Below are positions 37,750 to 51,238 of a DNA stretch of 64,000 bases, piece after piece; the stretch's first letter is position 1; each line of letters begins with the position of its first letter. Below the pieces are notes generated by a model that had not been told where the DNA came from, did not search any database, and saw nothing but the letters and a program-made list of their open reading frames with translations. The DNA comes from Rhizophagus irregularis. Lineage: Eukaryota. The translations under genes were made by a program, and so were the position numbers. Location: the NCBI RefSeq assembly GCF_026210795.1, contig NC_089430.1, forward strand, positions 3,224,001 through 3,288,000, read 5' to 3'.

Positions 37750-40700
37750 ATGTCGAACAATAATTTTAATTATGACACCTTTGTACGAAACCCTCCCAAC
37801 CCCGATAATGTTACGGAAATTCTTTCACATGAATCGTTATTTTCTTCCTCTAGTAACACTTCTCCTATCCCCAACTCATTTAATATTTCCTCCTTTAATG
37901 TTAATGGCCTTAAAATGCATGGTCAAACTAAATTAGAAGAAATTTCTACTTTCTTTTCATTAAAACATATTTCTTTTGATGGTATTGTTGATACTCATCT
38001 CCACCCTAAACAAATGAAGTTTTTATCCAAGCGTACTTCTAATTATACTGGTTCTCTTCTAATTTGGATACTTCTAAACAAATTCTTTCTTCTGGTGGTG
38101 TTTCTCTTTTTATAGAAAACTTCCTTGCTTCACATGTACAAGATTTTAAATCCCATTCTTCACGTTTGCTTTCTGTTAATTTATATTTTAAAGGTAACGT
38201 TAAATTGCGCATATTTGTTATTTATATTCCTCCCCCTGCTGAAAGTGTTTTGCGCTCCGACACTATTGATTTGCTTATTCAACAACTTACCCTTACTAAA
38301 CAAGCTGGTTTTTACCATGCTGTTTGTGGCGATTTTAATATGCATTTAGATAAATATTATCCTATTTATTTTAATCAACCCCAAATTGCTTCGAAACATA
38401 TTCACCGATTATTTTTTCATCTCCTTTCTTATGGATATGAAGACTATACTCCTATTAATCTTTCCAACTCCTTAGGTACCTTTCATCGCAATGACCACAT
38501 TACTCGTGTTGATTATGTATGGTCCTGCCCTCTTCTCAAAGGATTTGCCCTTACTGCTTGCATTTTTAATGCTCAAGACATTTGCACATCTGATCATAAC
38601 CCTGTCATAACATACTATAATATGTCTTTACTTTTTGCCTCTACCAAATTGGCTCGCGCTCGACAACTTAAGCGCCAGACCCGCCGCGTCTTCAAATTTG
38701 ATTCTGTAACCGATATTCAATGGACGGAATTTGCTGACAAAACTGATGCCTTATGTGATGTTTCACCATCAACCTTTTCCTCCTGGCATATCAATCAGAT
38801 GTGCGAATATCTTCAATCACGAATCCTTAAATCCACTAACGCTACTCTACTTTCTTCTACTGTTGGCAATAATTATACTCCTAAGGTTTCTAAAGATCTG
38901 GAAATTTTAACTCAAAATTATCGGTTTTTAAATCGCCTAATGCATTCAATACGTCTGTTGCGCAAATATCCTTCAACTTATTCTGCTGTCCAGAAACATA
39001 AGTGGTCCATTCATTTGATCAGACTTCAAAGCATTCTACAATTATATAAGAATGTATTTACTTTCATTCCTACTCTGCCCTCTTCTCTTTCATCATGTCG
39101 ACAAGATAATTTCAAATTACTTCTTGATGATCTATCTAATATTTCAAAATCCTTACGGGAATTTCACTTGCTCCAAGAAAAAGAATTTCAAGACTCCTCC
39201 ATCCGTGCTCATTTGGACGATAGATCTAATAATTTCGAGACTGACCTTTCCTCTTTTATCAATTCAGCGCTCTCTCGCACCCGTCGCCGTATCACTTTGG
39301 ATCGTGTCTTTATCGATCATCCCACTCACCCTCAGTTACTAACTGATCCTAAGGACATAGATGATGCTGTTGTTAACCATTTTCAAAACTTTGTACCTAT
39401 AAAGTCTACTCCTCCGATATCCATCGATACATTACCGGATCGATGGTTCTCTGCCTATCAACCTATGGATGATGTGTCCTCCTCCATCTATGATTCTTTA
39501 ATGAATCCCCCTACCCTTGACGAATGGTTATCCACCGTTTCTTCTACTAACGGTAAAGCCTCTGGTCCTTCCATGATTACCTATGAAATGCTTAAACATC
39601 TTGGAACCCGTACCTCGGCTCTGCTCCTCATATTAATTCAAGCATGCCTCTCCAAAGCTGATATTCCCAACTTATGGCGACAAGCAATGGTTTTTCCCAT
39701 TCCCAAACCTCACGAATGGAAATGTCAATTAAAAAATACTCGTCCTATTACTTTACTTGAAGTGATTAGGAAATCTCTTGTCAAACTTTTTTATAATCGT
39801 CTCTCTATTATTATTATGGCTTCACATGATGTCTTAAAAGGTGGTAACTTCGCTGGTCTTCCTGGTGGTTCTTGCCGCGACCCTATCATTACTCTAGAAT
39901 CTATCATCCATGATGCTGATATCAACAAAAACCCGCTTTGGATTCTTTCCCAAGATATCTCTAAAGCTTTTGACTCAGTCGATTTAACAATGTTACGTTT
40001 TGCTTTGGAGCGTATCCGTCTTCCAGCTTCCGCTGTCAAGTTTATCCTTTCACTTTTCATGAAACGCACTAATCGCGTTTTCACAGCTCATGGATCTACG
40101 CCTGCTTATAGGGTTCGCATTGGTATTGACCAAGGCGAAGTTATCTCTCCTCTTTTATGGGTTATTTATATTGATCCCTTACTTACTGTTTTGAAGAATG
40201 AGATTATGGACCCTTATGTTCTTTCCACATCGTCTTTAATTGACTCTTCAAATCCTTCTTCTGATTTGAAGATTAATAATTTAGTATTTATGGATGACTC
40301 TACTCTTATTTCCTCGTCAAAAGCTGGCATGGAATTTATGTTATCCATTACTGAGGAATTTTACCAAATCAATAACACTTCTGCCAATCATAACAAATAT
40401 GTGTTAATTACTAATTCGTTGCCTTTGACTTCAAATTCCACTTTACCCCCTATTACTTTTAATTTGGATTTATCCTCTTTAAATAGTGTTCCTTCCATTA
40501 CTATTACTCCAATCTCCATGACAACTTCTTTTCGATTTTTAGGTGTTTGGTTTAACATTAAGAGCTCCCGTGATTTTGTCAAGAAGCAACTCAAACGCGA
40601 ATGCTGCTCTTTTGCTGCGACCATCCGACCCGCAAAGCTCTCTCCTACACAAGTCGTGTATTTGCATAATGCTGTTCTTATCCCAAAACTTGAATACCGA

Positions 40701-43376
40701 ATGCAAGTTACTCATTTGTCCGAATCCGACTGTCACCTAATAACGAGAAGTATACGATCCGTTGTAAAGCACAAAGCAAATTTTTCTCGTTCTTTACCCA
40801 ATCCTATTCTATTTTTATCTTAAGCCTTGGGCTTGATTAATTTGTTTGCTCATCAACGACAATGTCATATTACTAATTTATTTTTAATGGCTAATTCTTC
40901 TTTTGTTTTTATTCAATCTCTTTTTATTTATAGACTGAATTTAATTCAATATAATTTTTTGATTCCTATTTCTCCACTTTTAATTAAGGACTGGTCTATA
41001 TGGCCTTCTCTTTTTTCTTTTAAGAAAGATTATATCGCATGCACTATTGCTCTTCTAACTTCTACTCCTTTTCGTTTGCTTCATACTCAACTTTCGAAGC
41101 TCTTGAACTTATCTTTGACTGATAAATGCATTCCTTTATTTGAATGCATGACACCTAAAGCTTTTAAAGCCTATTTTCCCATTCTGCGAAAATGACAATT
41201 GTTTTATCTGTCTCAACTTGTTACTCCTCAAGGAACTCACTTAATTTCCTGGAAGGCTTATTATGACAATTTGGTTGGACGACGTGGTCCTGGTCGTATC
41301 CCTTATTGGTACAAAGATATCCAACAAGCTACCACTGTTCCTGACTCCCAAAATCGTTTGCTGGATCATTTTAATATTACGCCTACGATTGACTCTTCAT
41401 TTTATGCATTGGCTCCTTGCCTATCCTCTCCCCCTACTACAAAAAATTGGATTGTCACGTTGGACGATTATGGTTCTCCCATTTTTGGCAAACAGCTTTT
41501 GGTCCAAGCAAGTCGTGGTACTTGTTCTATCGTTCACTGGATTTCTCCTGATTGTGAATCTTCACCTGGTGATCTCATTATACTTTCTCCTTGTCCTGGT
41601 TGCGCTGCTCATACTCCTTTGCCTCCTTCCAAAAAACGGAATGCTGATTTAACCCTCTGTACGCCTACGGTCTCTCTACAACATTCGCTTATTCTGCCTA
41701 CTACCAATAAACGAATTAGACGTACTACTCTTGAAGTGACTTCCCCTTTTACCTGGGCTGATATAGAAGATGGTGTCCGTCTTTATTATAGTAGATTGGA
41801 TTTTAATTTTGATTCTCCTTCTGCAGATACCGCTATAGCCTTTAACACTCCTGTCACTATTGAATCCTTGGCTGCTGCTGTCTTTGCAAATTCTCCGTTG
41901 GTCGTTTCCTCAGATTCGCGCTATACCTTTTTCACTGATAGGTCTCTTATTAATTTAGGCACTCCCGATGTTTCTATGGGCTGGTCTTAGATGCAAATAG
42001 TCACTGATGCAGGCTTTCCTAACTCCATCGCCACTTATGCTCACGGCCTTATACGAGATAATCCTTCTTCTTCTCGAGCTGAAGCTGCTGCTATTTATGC
42101 AGTCTTGACTATCTCTCCTCGCGACTCAGATGTTACGATTTATACTGACTCGCAAACTGCCATTGATGGTCTTCGAAGTTGTTCTTCTTCTGTCTACTCA
42201 AACAGTCGCCTGTATTACAAAACTACAAATTTTCGAGCTTTGGGCGATTATTGAGCGAACCATCCTTTCCAAAAACCTAACCGTTTTTCCTGTTAAAGTT
42301 AAAGCTCACTCTGGCAATTATTTAAACGATTTTGCTGACTCCTTGGCTAATACTGCTCATACTGCATCATCCAGTATTCTGATTTCCGGATTGGACCTGG
42401 CGTCGCCCATGATTTTGTCTTAATTTATGACAACGATGTTGTCTGGAATCTAATCCGCGCCACCTTCTCAAACAATATTATCAAACGCAGTTAATGCGTG
42501 ATTTGTTAGACTTAACACGATTCCACTTTATTTCTTTATTATCAGCTAATATAGATTACATTGTTGATTGGGAACTTACTTGTTTCACTTTAAATTTCAA
42601 GCCCTCTCACTGATGCATCCTTTACTCCGAACACGCTTTCAAGACATCTAACCTTTAAATTTAAACTTTTCTTGGATGACTTGGCTACATTGGAAAAGCT
42701 TAAACGGACCTGACCAGACCTATACATGGATGAATTAACTTGCCATTTTTGTATCGACCGCATGGAAGACCTGATGCACCTTTTTATGTGCAAATGACGA
42801 CGTCTACCTATGCAACAAATTCTCCAATCTTATCAAAATCATTTGATTTCCAAAATTCTGGAAGCAAGCAATTTGGCTGATATCGATCCTACTCCATTTA
42901 TAGCTAAACTCACTTCTCTTTCATGCTGGTCCTTTTCTTCTACAAATTGGTCCTCCTTCGCCCTCGTCCGTGGTTGCTTACCCAAACTCTTCATCGACTT
43001 ATTTGTTGATTTATCCATTCCGAGAACTTCTGCGATTAAAGTTATCGCTGCTATTCATAACAATTTTGTTCAGAAATTCAGAAGACGAATTTGGAATCCG
43101 CGTTCTTATGAGAAAAGTAGATGGGAAAATGCGATGAACATTACCTATAAGTTGAAAACTACCCCGAAGCCATCTAACCTGCCATTGTCAACGTACATAC
43201 CTTACTCATCTTTACCACCTCCGACCCTACACGATTCACGTGACTCTGGAACCGATTGGTTGATGAACTCAATGAAATATGGTTTGCCTTGGTTTAATTA
43301 CTTTTTGGGTTTTATGGGTCGTCTAACGGTGCTACTTAATAACAGCTTTTGCAGGATGGAGTGTCGATTTTTATAG
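37750..43376 (+). pseudogene. LINE ORF2: AP endonuclease, reverse transcriptase, RNase H, C-terminal zinc finger; multiple stops and frameshifts
   Basis: APE: SFNVNGL, CGDFN, RVDYVW, SDHNPV. RT: RPITLL, DISKAFDSV, GIDQGEVISPLLW, FMDD, FLGV. RNase H: FTD, RAEAAAI, YTDSQ, VKAHSG..NDFAD. Confidence 0.93.
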
Positions 43377-43646
43377 TGGGCGCGCTATTTGTTATTTTGT
43401 TAGCATAGTTGCTTCTACTTTGGTTGGAATATATCAAGGGAAAAGATCTGGGGAAATTTAGTGTAATGCGATTTTTCTTTTTTAGATTAATTTTTTACTT
43501 TATTTTTTCTTAGGAGACTATATAGCTTTGTTTTTAGTTAGTTTTATTTTTATATTTTTCTTTTTATTTTTTGTAAATTGTAAAGTTCGAATAAATTCAA
43601 TAAAGATAAAGGCTACTATGCCACGTTTGCCTGGTTTTTGACTAGT

Positions 43647-46600
43647 ATTTGCACATCTGATCATAACCCTGTCATCACATACTATGATATGTCTTTACTT
43701 TATGTCTCTATCAAATTGGCTCGCGCTTGACAACTTAAGCGCCAAACCCGTCACGTTTTCAAATTTGATTCTGTTACTGATATTCAATGGACGGAATTCG
43801 CTGACAAAACTGATGCTTTATGTGACGTCTCACCTTCTACCTTTTCCTCCTGGCATATCAATCAAATGTGTGAATATCTTCAATCACGAATCCTTAAAGC
43901 TGCCAAAGTTACTTTACCCTCTTCTACTGTTGGCAACAATTATACTCCTAAGGTCTCTAAAGATCTGGAAATTTTAACTCAACATTATTGGTTTTTAAAT
44001 CGCTTAATGCATTCAATACGTCTATTGCGCAAATATCCTTCAACTTATTCTGTAGCTCATGAACATAAGTGGTCTATACATTTGTATAGACTCCAAAATA
44101 TCCTTCAATTATACAAGAAAGTATTTACTTTCATTCCTACTTTGCCCTCCTTTCTTTCATCATGTCGACAAGATAACTTCAAGTCACTTCTTGATGATTT
44201 ATCTAATATTTCAAAATCCTTAAGGGGACTTCACTTACTTCAAGAAAAAGAATTTCAAGACTCCTCTATTCGTGCTCATTTAGACGATAGAAATAATAAT
44301 TTTGAGACTGACCTTTCCTCTTTTATCGATTCAGCGCTTTCTCGCACTCGTCGCCATATCACTTTGGACCGTGTTTTTCTCGACCATTCTACTCAATCTC
44401 AGTTATTAACTGATTCCAAGGATGTAGATGATGCTGTTGTTAACCATTTCCAAAACTTCGTACCTATAAAGTCCACTCCTCTTGTATCCATCGATACATT
44501 ACCTGATAGATGGTCTTCTGCCTACCAACCTATGGATGATGTATCCTCCTCCATCTATGATTCTTTAATGAATCCCTCTACCCTTGACGAATGGTTATCC
44601 ACCGTCTCTTCCACTCCTAACGGTAAGGCCTCTGGTCATTCCATGATTACCTATGAAATGCTTAAACATCTTGGAACCCGTATCTCAGCTCTGCTCCTTA
44701 TTTTAATTCAAGCATGCCTTTCCAAAGCCGATATCTCCGACTTATGGCGACAAGCAATGGTTTTTCCCATCCCTAAACCTCACGAATGGAAATGTCAATT
44801 AAAAAATACTCGTCCTATTACATTACTTGAAGTGATTAGGAAATCTCTTGTCAAACTTTTTTATAATCGCCTGTCTACTATTATGGCTTCACATGATGTT
44901 CTAAAAGGTGGTAACTTCGCTGGTCTTCCTGGTGGTTCTTGCCGCGACCCTATCATTACTCTAGAATCTATTATCCATGATGCTATTACCTACAATAACC
45001 CACTTTGGATTCTTTCCCAAGATATCTCTAAAGCTTTCGACTCGGTCGATCTGTCAATGTTACGTTTTGCTCTTGAACGTATACGTCTTCCAGCCTCCGC
45101 TGTTAAATTTATCCTTTCTCTTTTCACGAAACGCACTAATCGCGTTTTCACTGCTCATGGATCTACGCCTGCTTATAGGGTTCGCATTGGTATTGACCAA
45201 GGCGAAGTTATCTCTCCTCTTTTATGGGTTATTTATATAGATCCCTTACTTACTGTTTTGAAGAATGAAATGAAGGACCCTTACGTTCTTTCCTCACCGT
45301 CTTTAATTGATTCTCCAACTTCTTTTCCTGATTTGAAGATTAATAATTTAGTTTTTATGGATGACTCTACTCTTATTTCCTCGTCAAAAGCTGGCATGGA
45401 ATTTATGTTATCCATTACTGAAGAATTTTACCAAATCAATAACACTTCTGCCAATTATAACAAATATGTGTTAATCACTAATTCGTTGCCTCTGACTTCA
45501 ATTTCCACTTTACCCTCTATCACTTTTAATTTGGATTTATCCCCTTTAAATAGTGTTCCTTCCATTACTATTACCCCAATTTCCATGACAACTTCTTTTC
45601 GTTTTTTAGGTGTTTGGTTTAACATTAAGAGCTCCCATGATTTTGTCAAGAAGCAACTCAAACGCGAATGCTGCTCCTTTGCTGCGACCATCCGACCCGC
45701 AAAGCTCTCTCCCAAACAAGTCGTGTATTTACATAATGCTGTTCTTATACCAAAACTTGAATACCGAATGCAAGTTACTCACTTGTCTGAATCCGACTGC
45801 CACCTAATAACGAGAAGTATACGATCTGTTGTAAAGCATAAAGCAAATTTTTCTCGTTCTTTACCCAATCCTATTTTATTTTTGTCTCAAGCCTTGGGCT
45901 TGATTAATTTGTTTGCTCATCAACGACAATGTCATATTACTAATTTATTTTTAATGGCTAATTCTTCTTCTTCTTTTATTCAATCTCTTTTTATTTACAG
46001 ATTGTGTTTAATTCAATATAATTTTTTGATTCCTATTTCTCCTTTATTAATTAAGGACTGGTCTATATGGTCTTCTTTATTTTCTTTTAAGAAAGATTAT
46101 ATCGCATGCACTATTGCTCTCTTAACTTCTACTCCTTTTCGTTTGCTTCATACTCAACTTTCGAAGCTTCCGAACTTATCTCTGTTAGATGGATACGTTC
46201 CCTTATTTGAATGCATGACACCTAAAGCTTTTAAAGCTTATTTCTCCATTCTGCGAAAACGACAACTGTTTTATTTATCTCAGCTTGTTACTCCCCAAGG
46301 AACTCATTTAATTTCCTGGAAGGCTTACTATGACAATTTGGTTGGACGACGTGGCCCTGGCCGTATCCCTTATTGGTATAAAGATATCCAACAAGCTACC
46401 ACTGTTCCTGACTCCAATAATCGCTTGCTGGATCAGTTTATTACTCTGCATACGAATGCTTCTTCATTTTATGAATTGGAACCTTGTCTATCCTCTCCTC
46501 CCACTACAAAAAATTAGATTGTCACGTTGGACGATTTTGGTTCTCCCATCTTCGGCAAACAACTTTTGGTCCAAACAAGTCGTGGTACTTGTTCCATTGT

Positions 46601-48710
46601 CCATTGGGTCTCTCCTGATTGTGAATCTTCGCCTGGAGATCTTATTCGACTTTCTCCTTGCCCTGGCTGCGCTGCCCATATTCCCCTACCTCCTTCCAAA
46701 AAACGGAATGCTGATTTAACCCTACGTACAACTACGGTCTCTTTACGACATTCGCTTATTTTGCCCACTACCAATGAGCGGATTAGAAGTAATACTTCAG
46801 AAGTAACCTCCCCCTTTACTTGGGCTGATATAGAAGATGGTGTTCGCCTTTATTATAGTAGATTGGATTTTGATTTTGATTCTCCTTCTGCTGAAACCGT
46901 TGTAGCTCCTGTTACTCCTGTTACTATTGAATCCTCGGCTACTGCTGTTTTCGCAAAATCCCGTTGGTCATTTCCTCGGATTCGCGTTATATCTTTTTCA
47001 CTGATGGGTCTCTTATTCATTTAGGCACTCCTGATGTTTCTATGGGCTGGTCCTGGATGCAAATCGTTCCAGATGCAGGCTTTCCTAACTCAATCGCCAC
47101 TTATGCTCACGGCCTTATTCGAGATAATCTTTCTTCTTCTCGAGCTGAAGCTGCTGCTATTTACGCAGTTTTAACTATCTCCCCTCGCGACTCAGAAGTT
47201 ACTATTTATACTGACTCGCAAACTGCCATTGATGGCCTTCGAAGTTGCTCTTCCTATGTCTACTCAAATAGTCGTCTGTACTATAAAACTACAAATTTTG
47301 AGCTTTGGGCTATTATCGAACGAACCATCCTCTCCAAAAATTTGACTGTCTTTCCCGTCAAAGTTAAAGGTCATTCTGGCAATTATTTAAACGATTTTGC
47401 TGACTCCTTGGCCAATACTGCTCATACTGCGTCATCCAGTATTTTGATTTCTGGAATGGACTTGGCCTCTGCTCATGATTTTGTCCTAACTTATGACAAT
47501 AATATTGTCTGTGAATCTAATCCGTGACACCTTCTCAAACAATATTATCAAACGCAGTTAATGCGTGATTTGTTAGACTTAACACGATTCCACTTTATTT
47601 CTTTATTATCATCTAATATAGATTATGTTGTTGACTGGGATCTTACTTGGTTCGCTTTGAATTTCAAGCCTTTTCATGACGCATCCTTTTCTCTTGAGCA
47701 CGCTTCAAGACACTTAACCTTTAAATTCAAACTTTTCTTGGACGATTTACCTACATTGGAAAAGCTTAAACGGACTCGCCCTGACTTATACATGGACGAA
47801 TTAACTTGTCGTTCTTGTATCGACCACATGGAAAACCTAATGCACCTTTTTATGTGCAAAAGTCGTCGTCTACCTATGCAACAAATTCTTCAATCTTATC
47901 AAAACCATTTGATTTCCAAAATTCTGGATGCCGGTAAATTAGCTGACATCGATCCCACTCCATTTATTGCTAAACTCACTTCTCTTTCATGCTGGTCCTT
48001 TTCTTCTACAAATTGGTCCTCTTACGCCCTGGTCCGTGGTTGTTTACCCAAACTTTTTATTGACTTATTTGTCGATTTATCCATTCTGAGAATTTCTGCG
48101 ATAAAGGTTATTGCTGCTATTCATAATAATTTTGTCCAAAAATTCAGAGGACGAATTTGGAATCCGCGTTCTTACGAAAAATGTAGATGGGAAAATGCGA
48201 TGAATATTACCTATAAGTTGAAAACTACTCCAAAGCTATCTAACTTGCCATTGTCAACGTACATACCTTACTCATCTTTACCTCCTCCGACTTTACACGA
48301 TTCACGTGACTCTGGAACCGATTGGTTGAAAAACTCGATGAAATATGGTTTGCCTTGGTTTAATCACTTTTCGGGTTTTATGGGTCGTCTAACGGTGCTA
48401 CTTAATAACAGCTTTTGTAGGATGGAGTGTCGATTTTTATAGTGGGCGCACTATTCGTTATTTTGTTAGCATAGTTGCTTCTACTTTGGTTGGAATATAT
48501 CAAGGGGGAAGATCTGGGGAAATTTAGTGTAATGCGGTTTTTCTTTTTTAGATTAATTGTTACTTTATTTTTTCTTAGGAGACTATATAGCTTTGTTTTT
48601 AGTTAGTTTTATTTTTTATTTTTCTTTTTATTTTTTGTAAAATTGTAAAGTTCGAATAAATTTAATAAAGATAAAGGCTACTATGCCATGTTTGCCTGGT
48701 TTTTGACTAG
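43647..48710 (+). mobile_element. LINE copy 3, 5'-truncated at the end of the APE domain (RT, RNase H, zinc finger, 3' UTR)
   Basis: Starts at TTTGCACATCTGATCATAACC (equivalent to 38581 in copy 2). ORF pieces 43866-46517, 46527-47024, 46964-47527 and 47561-48442. Ends GCCTGGTTTTTGACTAG. Confidence 0.93.
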
Positions 48711-48995
48711 TGTTATTACCAGAATAACATAGACTTATTACCAATATTTTATCAGAAAAGAGAAAAGTAAAATAAAAAAACAGTGAAATGTTTTGCTTAT
48801 AATAGCTATTTCATCTATTTCATCATCGCTTATCTGTGTTTAACTATTTTTAGATACAAATAAAGTTAATGGAATAATCTTATTCGTGTTTAGCTATTTT
48901 TAGAAATTAATCAATATACAACAAATATTCTTAATTATCGGGTTTTTTACTAGAACATAAAAAGTTTTATTATAAGTGCGAACTGCTGCAAGAAA

Positions 48996-51238
48996 TCAAT
49001 GCCCAATATTTTCCCAATTAGAGTCATCAAATGCATTTTCTTTATCAATTATATAATATCTATTATCTATTTTAGCAAAACCTATACAATGATCTAAATA
49101 TCTTACATCGATAAATTCTTTTGATCTGAATTGAGTAAAATGTTTACATCCATATTCATCTTCTACAATTTTTGATGTTAATTGTACATAGGCTAACATG
49201 TAAACCTGATGGTTGAATTCATGGACAAGATAATAATTTACGATTCCATATATATCTACAATAACGAGTTGAGGAGGCGCATTGGATCTGTGGGCAAGTT
49301 TATCTATTGTGCGTCTTATCTAAAAATATTTATAAATAAAATATAAAATCAATATTAAAATTATATCAAAAAAATAGCAATGATAGTAATCAAAGATTAT
49401 AAATTTTACCTGAGCACAATAATTATTTCTTGCAATTTTATTATTTCTTTTTATACAACAGCTATTAATATATTGTCCATCTGAAGTTCTTAATCTTCCA
49501 TATCTTACACCATAATTATTAACCTCCTAAAAAACGAAATTATTTTGTTATTGTAATGATGAATTTAAAATTAAATAAAATAAAGCTTTATATTACCATT
49601 TCTAAATCATTATGATTTATATTGCTTGATCCTTCGTAAAATTTAATCAGATGTTTGTGTTCTTGGCTTAGCAGAGAATATTGAGTAGAAGGGGAATAAA
49701 ATTCTTCTTCATACCCTTCAGTACTAAAGACCCGTTCCTTACTCCATTGTTTTAGCGGTTTTTCTTTGAAAATAGCTTTTGAGATAGAAAAAAATGGTAA
49801 CATATAAAATTGCTGTAACAAAGTAAGCATATTTGCAAGGTTGCTATATGGCTTGATCTTTGATTTAATGAGTGGTTGTAATATACCACACACCCTTTCC
49901 ATAGGAAACTGCCAATGGGTCCAACTAGGGCCACAATATTTAATAGAATCTGCTACATGTAAGAGGTAATGGAAACTTATCTTACATGCTGCTAAACGTT
50001 GGCCATTGTTCTGATAATACTCTCTAAAATAATTAATCATTATTTTAATTATTATACAATTATAAATTATAAGACAGAAATCATTACCTTTCATAATAAT
50101 CTGAAAATTTTTTAAGCAAAATTTGTACATCATCAATTTGTTCTTCAGATATTTCAGGTTCTAAACAAAGCTTTACAGCCTTCACAAAGTTTGCCCATCC
50201 TTGAAGATGCCTATTATGTAACGAAAAGTAAAATTTACTTTTTGATTAGTTAAAAAAATTTAAAAATGTATTAATTTAACTTTTTACTTTTTATTAAAAT
50301 ACCTTTTATCCAGATACACCTTTAGTAATGGTAATGAAAATAAAATTATCCAATTTCTCCATTCTACCGCTTTGTAACCATTATGATATTTAAATATGTT
50401 ACGTGGAGGGCGACCAATTTCAATAGGCATATTTTTTTTTACTTTTTCCATTTGTATGCCAATACTTTTCCACTGTGATTTTGATAACTCATAATCACTA
50501 GACAATAATAGATTGTTATAAAAAAATTTTCCACTCCAATGTGCATACATTGACGGTGCTACATTCTCGAAGAATAAATGCATTATATTTGTTGGGAAAG
50601 ACCATGGAAATAATAATATTTGTTTTAACAATTCACTGGACCCTTTAATTCCTGTATAGTAAAGTAATAATAATTAATACAGAGATGTAAGTATACTTTT
50701 ACTTTTTTTCTCAAGAAAATCATACCTGTTTCTCTGATCATTTCATCTTTTCGATCTTTATTCGTTTCTTTTTCAATTAATTTTCCCATATTGATCGTGT
50801 CATCATGATTTCTTATATTGCAAAAAGCAGATGATGGATAGTATATGTGTTTATTTGATGAGTGACAAGTCCCTTTTATTATACAAAAACGACAACCTTT
50901 ATACGAATTGTATCCAGAGAGGTTTAAGCTTTTGCTTAACGCTGGAACATCCCCGTCCATGTTAATAAATGTGCGCGTAAAATAAAAGGTTCATTTATTC
51001 GTCCATCTATACATTGAACTCCTTCTATAATATTTAACAAAATAAAATTTCAATTATAGAAAAAATACATTTTTATTAGATATTAAAATTAGCTATACCT
51101 TCAAGTTCTTGTAATTCTTTTATAAGAGGGCATAAAAAAGAATTAAAATTCTTTGGCGAACGGGGACCTGGTATTATCATTGTTACCAGTAGATTTTCTT
51201 TTTTTACACGAATAGAAGGATGAAGATTATTATTTATT
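48996..51238 (-). pseudogene. Second CACTA/En-Spm TnpD-type transposase, C-terminal portion, multi-exon
   Basis: NNLHPSIRVKKENLLVTMIIPGPRSPK, DGDVPALSKSLNLSGYNSYKGCRFC, NIMHLFFENVA, GRPPRNI..GYKAVEW, HYLLHVADSIKYCGPSWTHWQFPMER. 5' end cut by the CATCAGG element. Confidence 0.88.

Larger units (their letters stand above)
35445..43646 (+). mobile_element. LINE copy 2, apparently full length (~8.2 kb), APE-RT-RNase H non-LTR retrotransposon
   Basis: Short 5' UTR, ORF1 35582-37699, ORF2 37750-43376, and a T-rich 3' UTR ending GCCTGGTTTTTGACTAGT. Confidence 0.93.
33621..48712. mobile_element. CACTG-terminated palindromic MITE (~240 bp: 33621-33857 plus 48711-48712) split by the LINE array; 3-bp TSD TTA
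   Basis: Left CACTGGTCAAAAA; right TTTTTGACTAG (33847-33857) completed by TG (48711-48712). TTA at 33618-33620 and 48713-48715. The rejoined flank TATAGACTTATTACC matches the adjacent tandem copy CATAGACTTATTACC. Confidence 0.88.

Noticed and set aside
33858..48710. LTR retrotransposon, with the repeated RNase H/3' UTR blocks read as LTRs
   Set aside because: APE endonuclease present, no integrase or protease, no TG...CA ends, and the repeats have unequal 5' truncations.
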